From Lama glama (Eukaryota): DNA of 63,876 bases. Shown one piece after another: positions 62,525 to 63,876 of the stretch. The stretch is taken from positions 55,428,001-55,491,876 of the forward strand of contig CM052841.1 of NCBI GenBank assembly GCA_028534125.1. The letters are read 5' to 3'. A program made the translations under genes and the position numbers. The notes below the pieces were generated by a model. The model was given only the letters and a program-made list of their open reading frames with translations, made no database searches and had not been told where the DNA came from. Numbering within the stretch: the stretch's first letter is position 1; each line of letters begins with the position of its first letter.

Positions 62525-62545
62525 GTCAGCACCACGGACAGCTCT
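62525..62545 (+). promoter_or_regulatory. RE1/NRSE (REST-binding) element
   Basis: GTCAGCACCACGGACAGCTCT versus consensus TTCAGCACCACGGACAGCGCC: the core TCAGCACCACGGACAGC is identical. Confidence 0.85.
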
Positions 62546-62747
62546 CCAGCCACTGACCAACGGGGGGCTTTCTCTCCGCCTGGTAGAAACTTCTCCATTT
62601 TAGCGTGGACAAATTTCTCCTTCCCTGGGCTTCTGGCCCAGGCTCAGATTCTGGGCAGGAACCACTGTCTTTGATTCCAACCACGAAGAATGGCACTCAC
62701 AACACACATTGCTTCTTCCATCCATCTCAGCACGCAACTCCAGGTCT

Positions 62748-62912
62748 NNNNNNNNNNNNNNNNNNNNNNNNNNNNNNNNNNNNNNNNNNNNNNNNNNNNN
62801 NNNNNNNNNNNNNNNNNNNNNNNNNNNNNNNNNNNNNNNNNNNNNNNNNNNNNNNNNNNNNNNNNNNNNNNNNNNNNNNNNNNNNNNNNNNNNNNNNNNN
62901 NNNNNNNNNNNN
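62748..62912. other. Assembly gap (165 N)
   Basis: N-run. Confidence 1.
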
Positions 62913-63876
62913 TCTTTCTACCCATCTCTTCCTTCTATTTTTCCCTCTCTCCCTCTCTGTTTCTCCATCATCTCCCAGCTCAAATACTTCTCTTTGAGTG
63001 ATATTAGGCTACAGCAGTCCTGCTGGGAATGCAGTTCTGAAATCAGTCTGAAACACCTAGTTAGGCAGCTGCAGAAGAGGACCAACATACAGACTGACTC
63101 CTCTTAGCTCTTCTCTCCTGATCGGTCTCCCAAGATGGGCTGTGGTCCTGATAACTTAGAAACAGGGCACTTTTAACACTATGGAACATTTTCCTATCTT
63201 CCTCTCCTGCACCTCACACAGTCAGTATTTCCTTCAGGAAACATAGAACATTTTCCAGTTCCAATTACTCCGACAGAGGGAAAGAGGAAAAGGAGAGAGA
63301 GAATTTTGAACTGTTACCATGCATCGGGCATTTCATTTGGGGTTTCCCTATATTATGTTTTATAATGTTTAATGCTGTGAAGTATGAGATTGGTAGTAGC
63401 ATGCAACGGTACACTTAGCAGTGATGGAGTCAGGAATTCGACACCCAAGTCTAAGTCCAAAATCTGTACTGTGTTCTCTGGGAATAATGGGGAAGCTTTG
63501 GGGTGATTGAAAGAGCTTAGGATTTAATGGGGTCACCACACCAAACTCTAAATATCAACTGAAATGGCTGAGACCATGACACCCTCTGTGCCAACAGAGA
63601 ATTTTTCAGCTCTTATCCATGAAGAGGATATGAAAGCTTCTCATGGGCAGATTTAAGACTCACCCAAGCCTTATGGTTTCTGGGTTTTGAATAAAACTTC
63701 ATCCTTTCCAGGTCTTAGTTCATTTGCATTTGGCTCTGTTTAGCTTCCCTGTTTCTATGAAGAAAGGCTAAGAGGGCCATTTTTGAAAGTCTCCCAAGAC
63801 TCTTCGGTCATCAGAAAAGTTCTCAGTGCAAAGCATTCCTAATGACTTATGGAGGAAGCAATCAGAACCATATGGA

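Noticed and set aside
1-63876. Specific gene assignment (BRINP1, DRD2, SNAP25, CDH11, GRIN2A, GRIN2B, DAB1 considered)
   Set aside because: The first five lack their expected first coding exon or 5'UTR sequence here. GRIN2B and DAB1 could be neither confirmed nor excluded from memory, so no symbol is given.
1-63876. CRISPR array, prokaryotic or viral gene cassette, processed pseudogene or NUMT
   Set aside because: No regularly spaced repeats, gene-dense ORF blocks, retroviral internal genes or recognisable mRNA or mitochondrial sequence were seen.

Overview
Mammalian genomic DNA from a gapped draft assembly (five N-runs). It is most likely camelid, because a Vic-1-type tRNA-derived SINE sits at 38.7 kb alongside young artiodactyl-type L1 3' ends and a MER41-like ERV1 LTR. 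I recognise no protein-coding exon: the six-frame ORFs look like chance ORFs, repeats or N-spanning artefacts. The window reads best as the 5' end of a large minus-strand gene. A CpG island at about 60.2-61.5 kb holds a candidate first exon ending at a consensus donor (CGG|GTAAGT, 61023), with a second strong donor at 59063. Below that lie about 59 kb of intron-like sequence rich in ancient MIR, L2 and DNA-transposon fossils. A near-perfect RE1/NRSE (REST) site lies about 1.3 kb upstream of the candidate first exon and a second canonical RE1 lies at 35.6 kb, which points to a neuronal, REST-repressed gene; I cannot name it from sequence alone. Other notable structure: a nested transposon stack (L2 > L1MD > solo LTR, plus MER119), two solo LTRs with intact target-site duplications, several repeat-free enhancer-like blocks, and candidate non-coding exons. 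I find no support for a novel biological system. Repeat family names come from recalled consensus similarity, not a RepeatMasker run, and boundaries are approximate unless a TSD is quoted.
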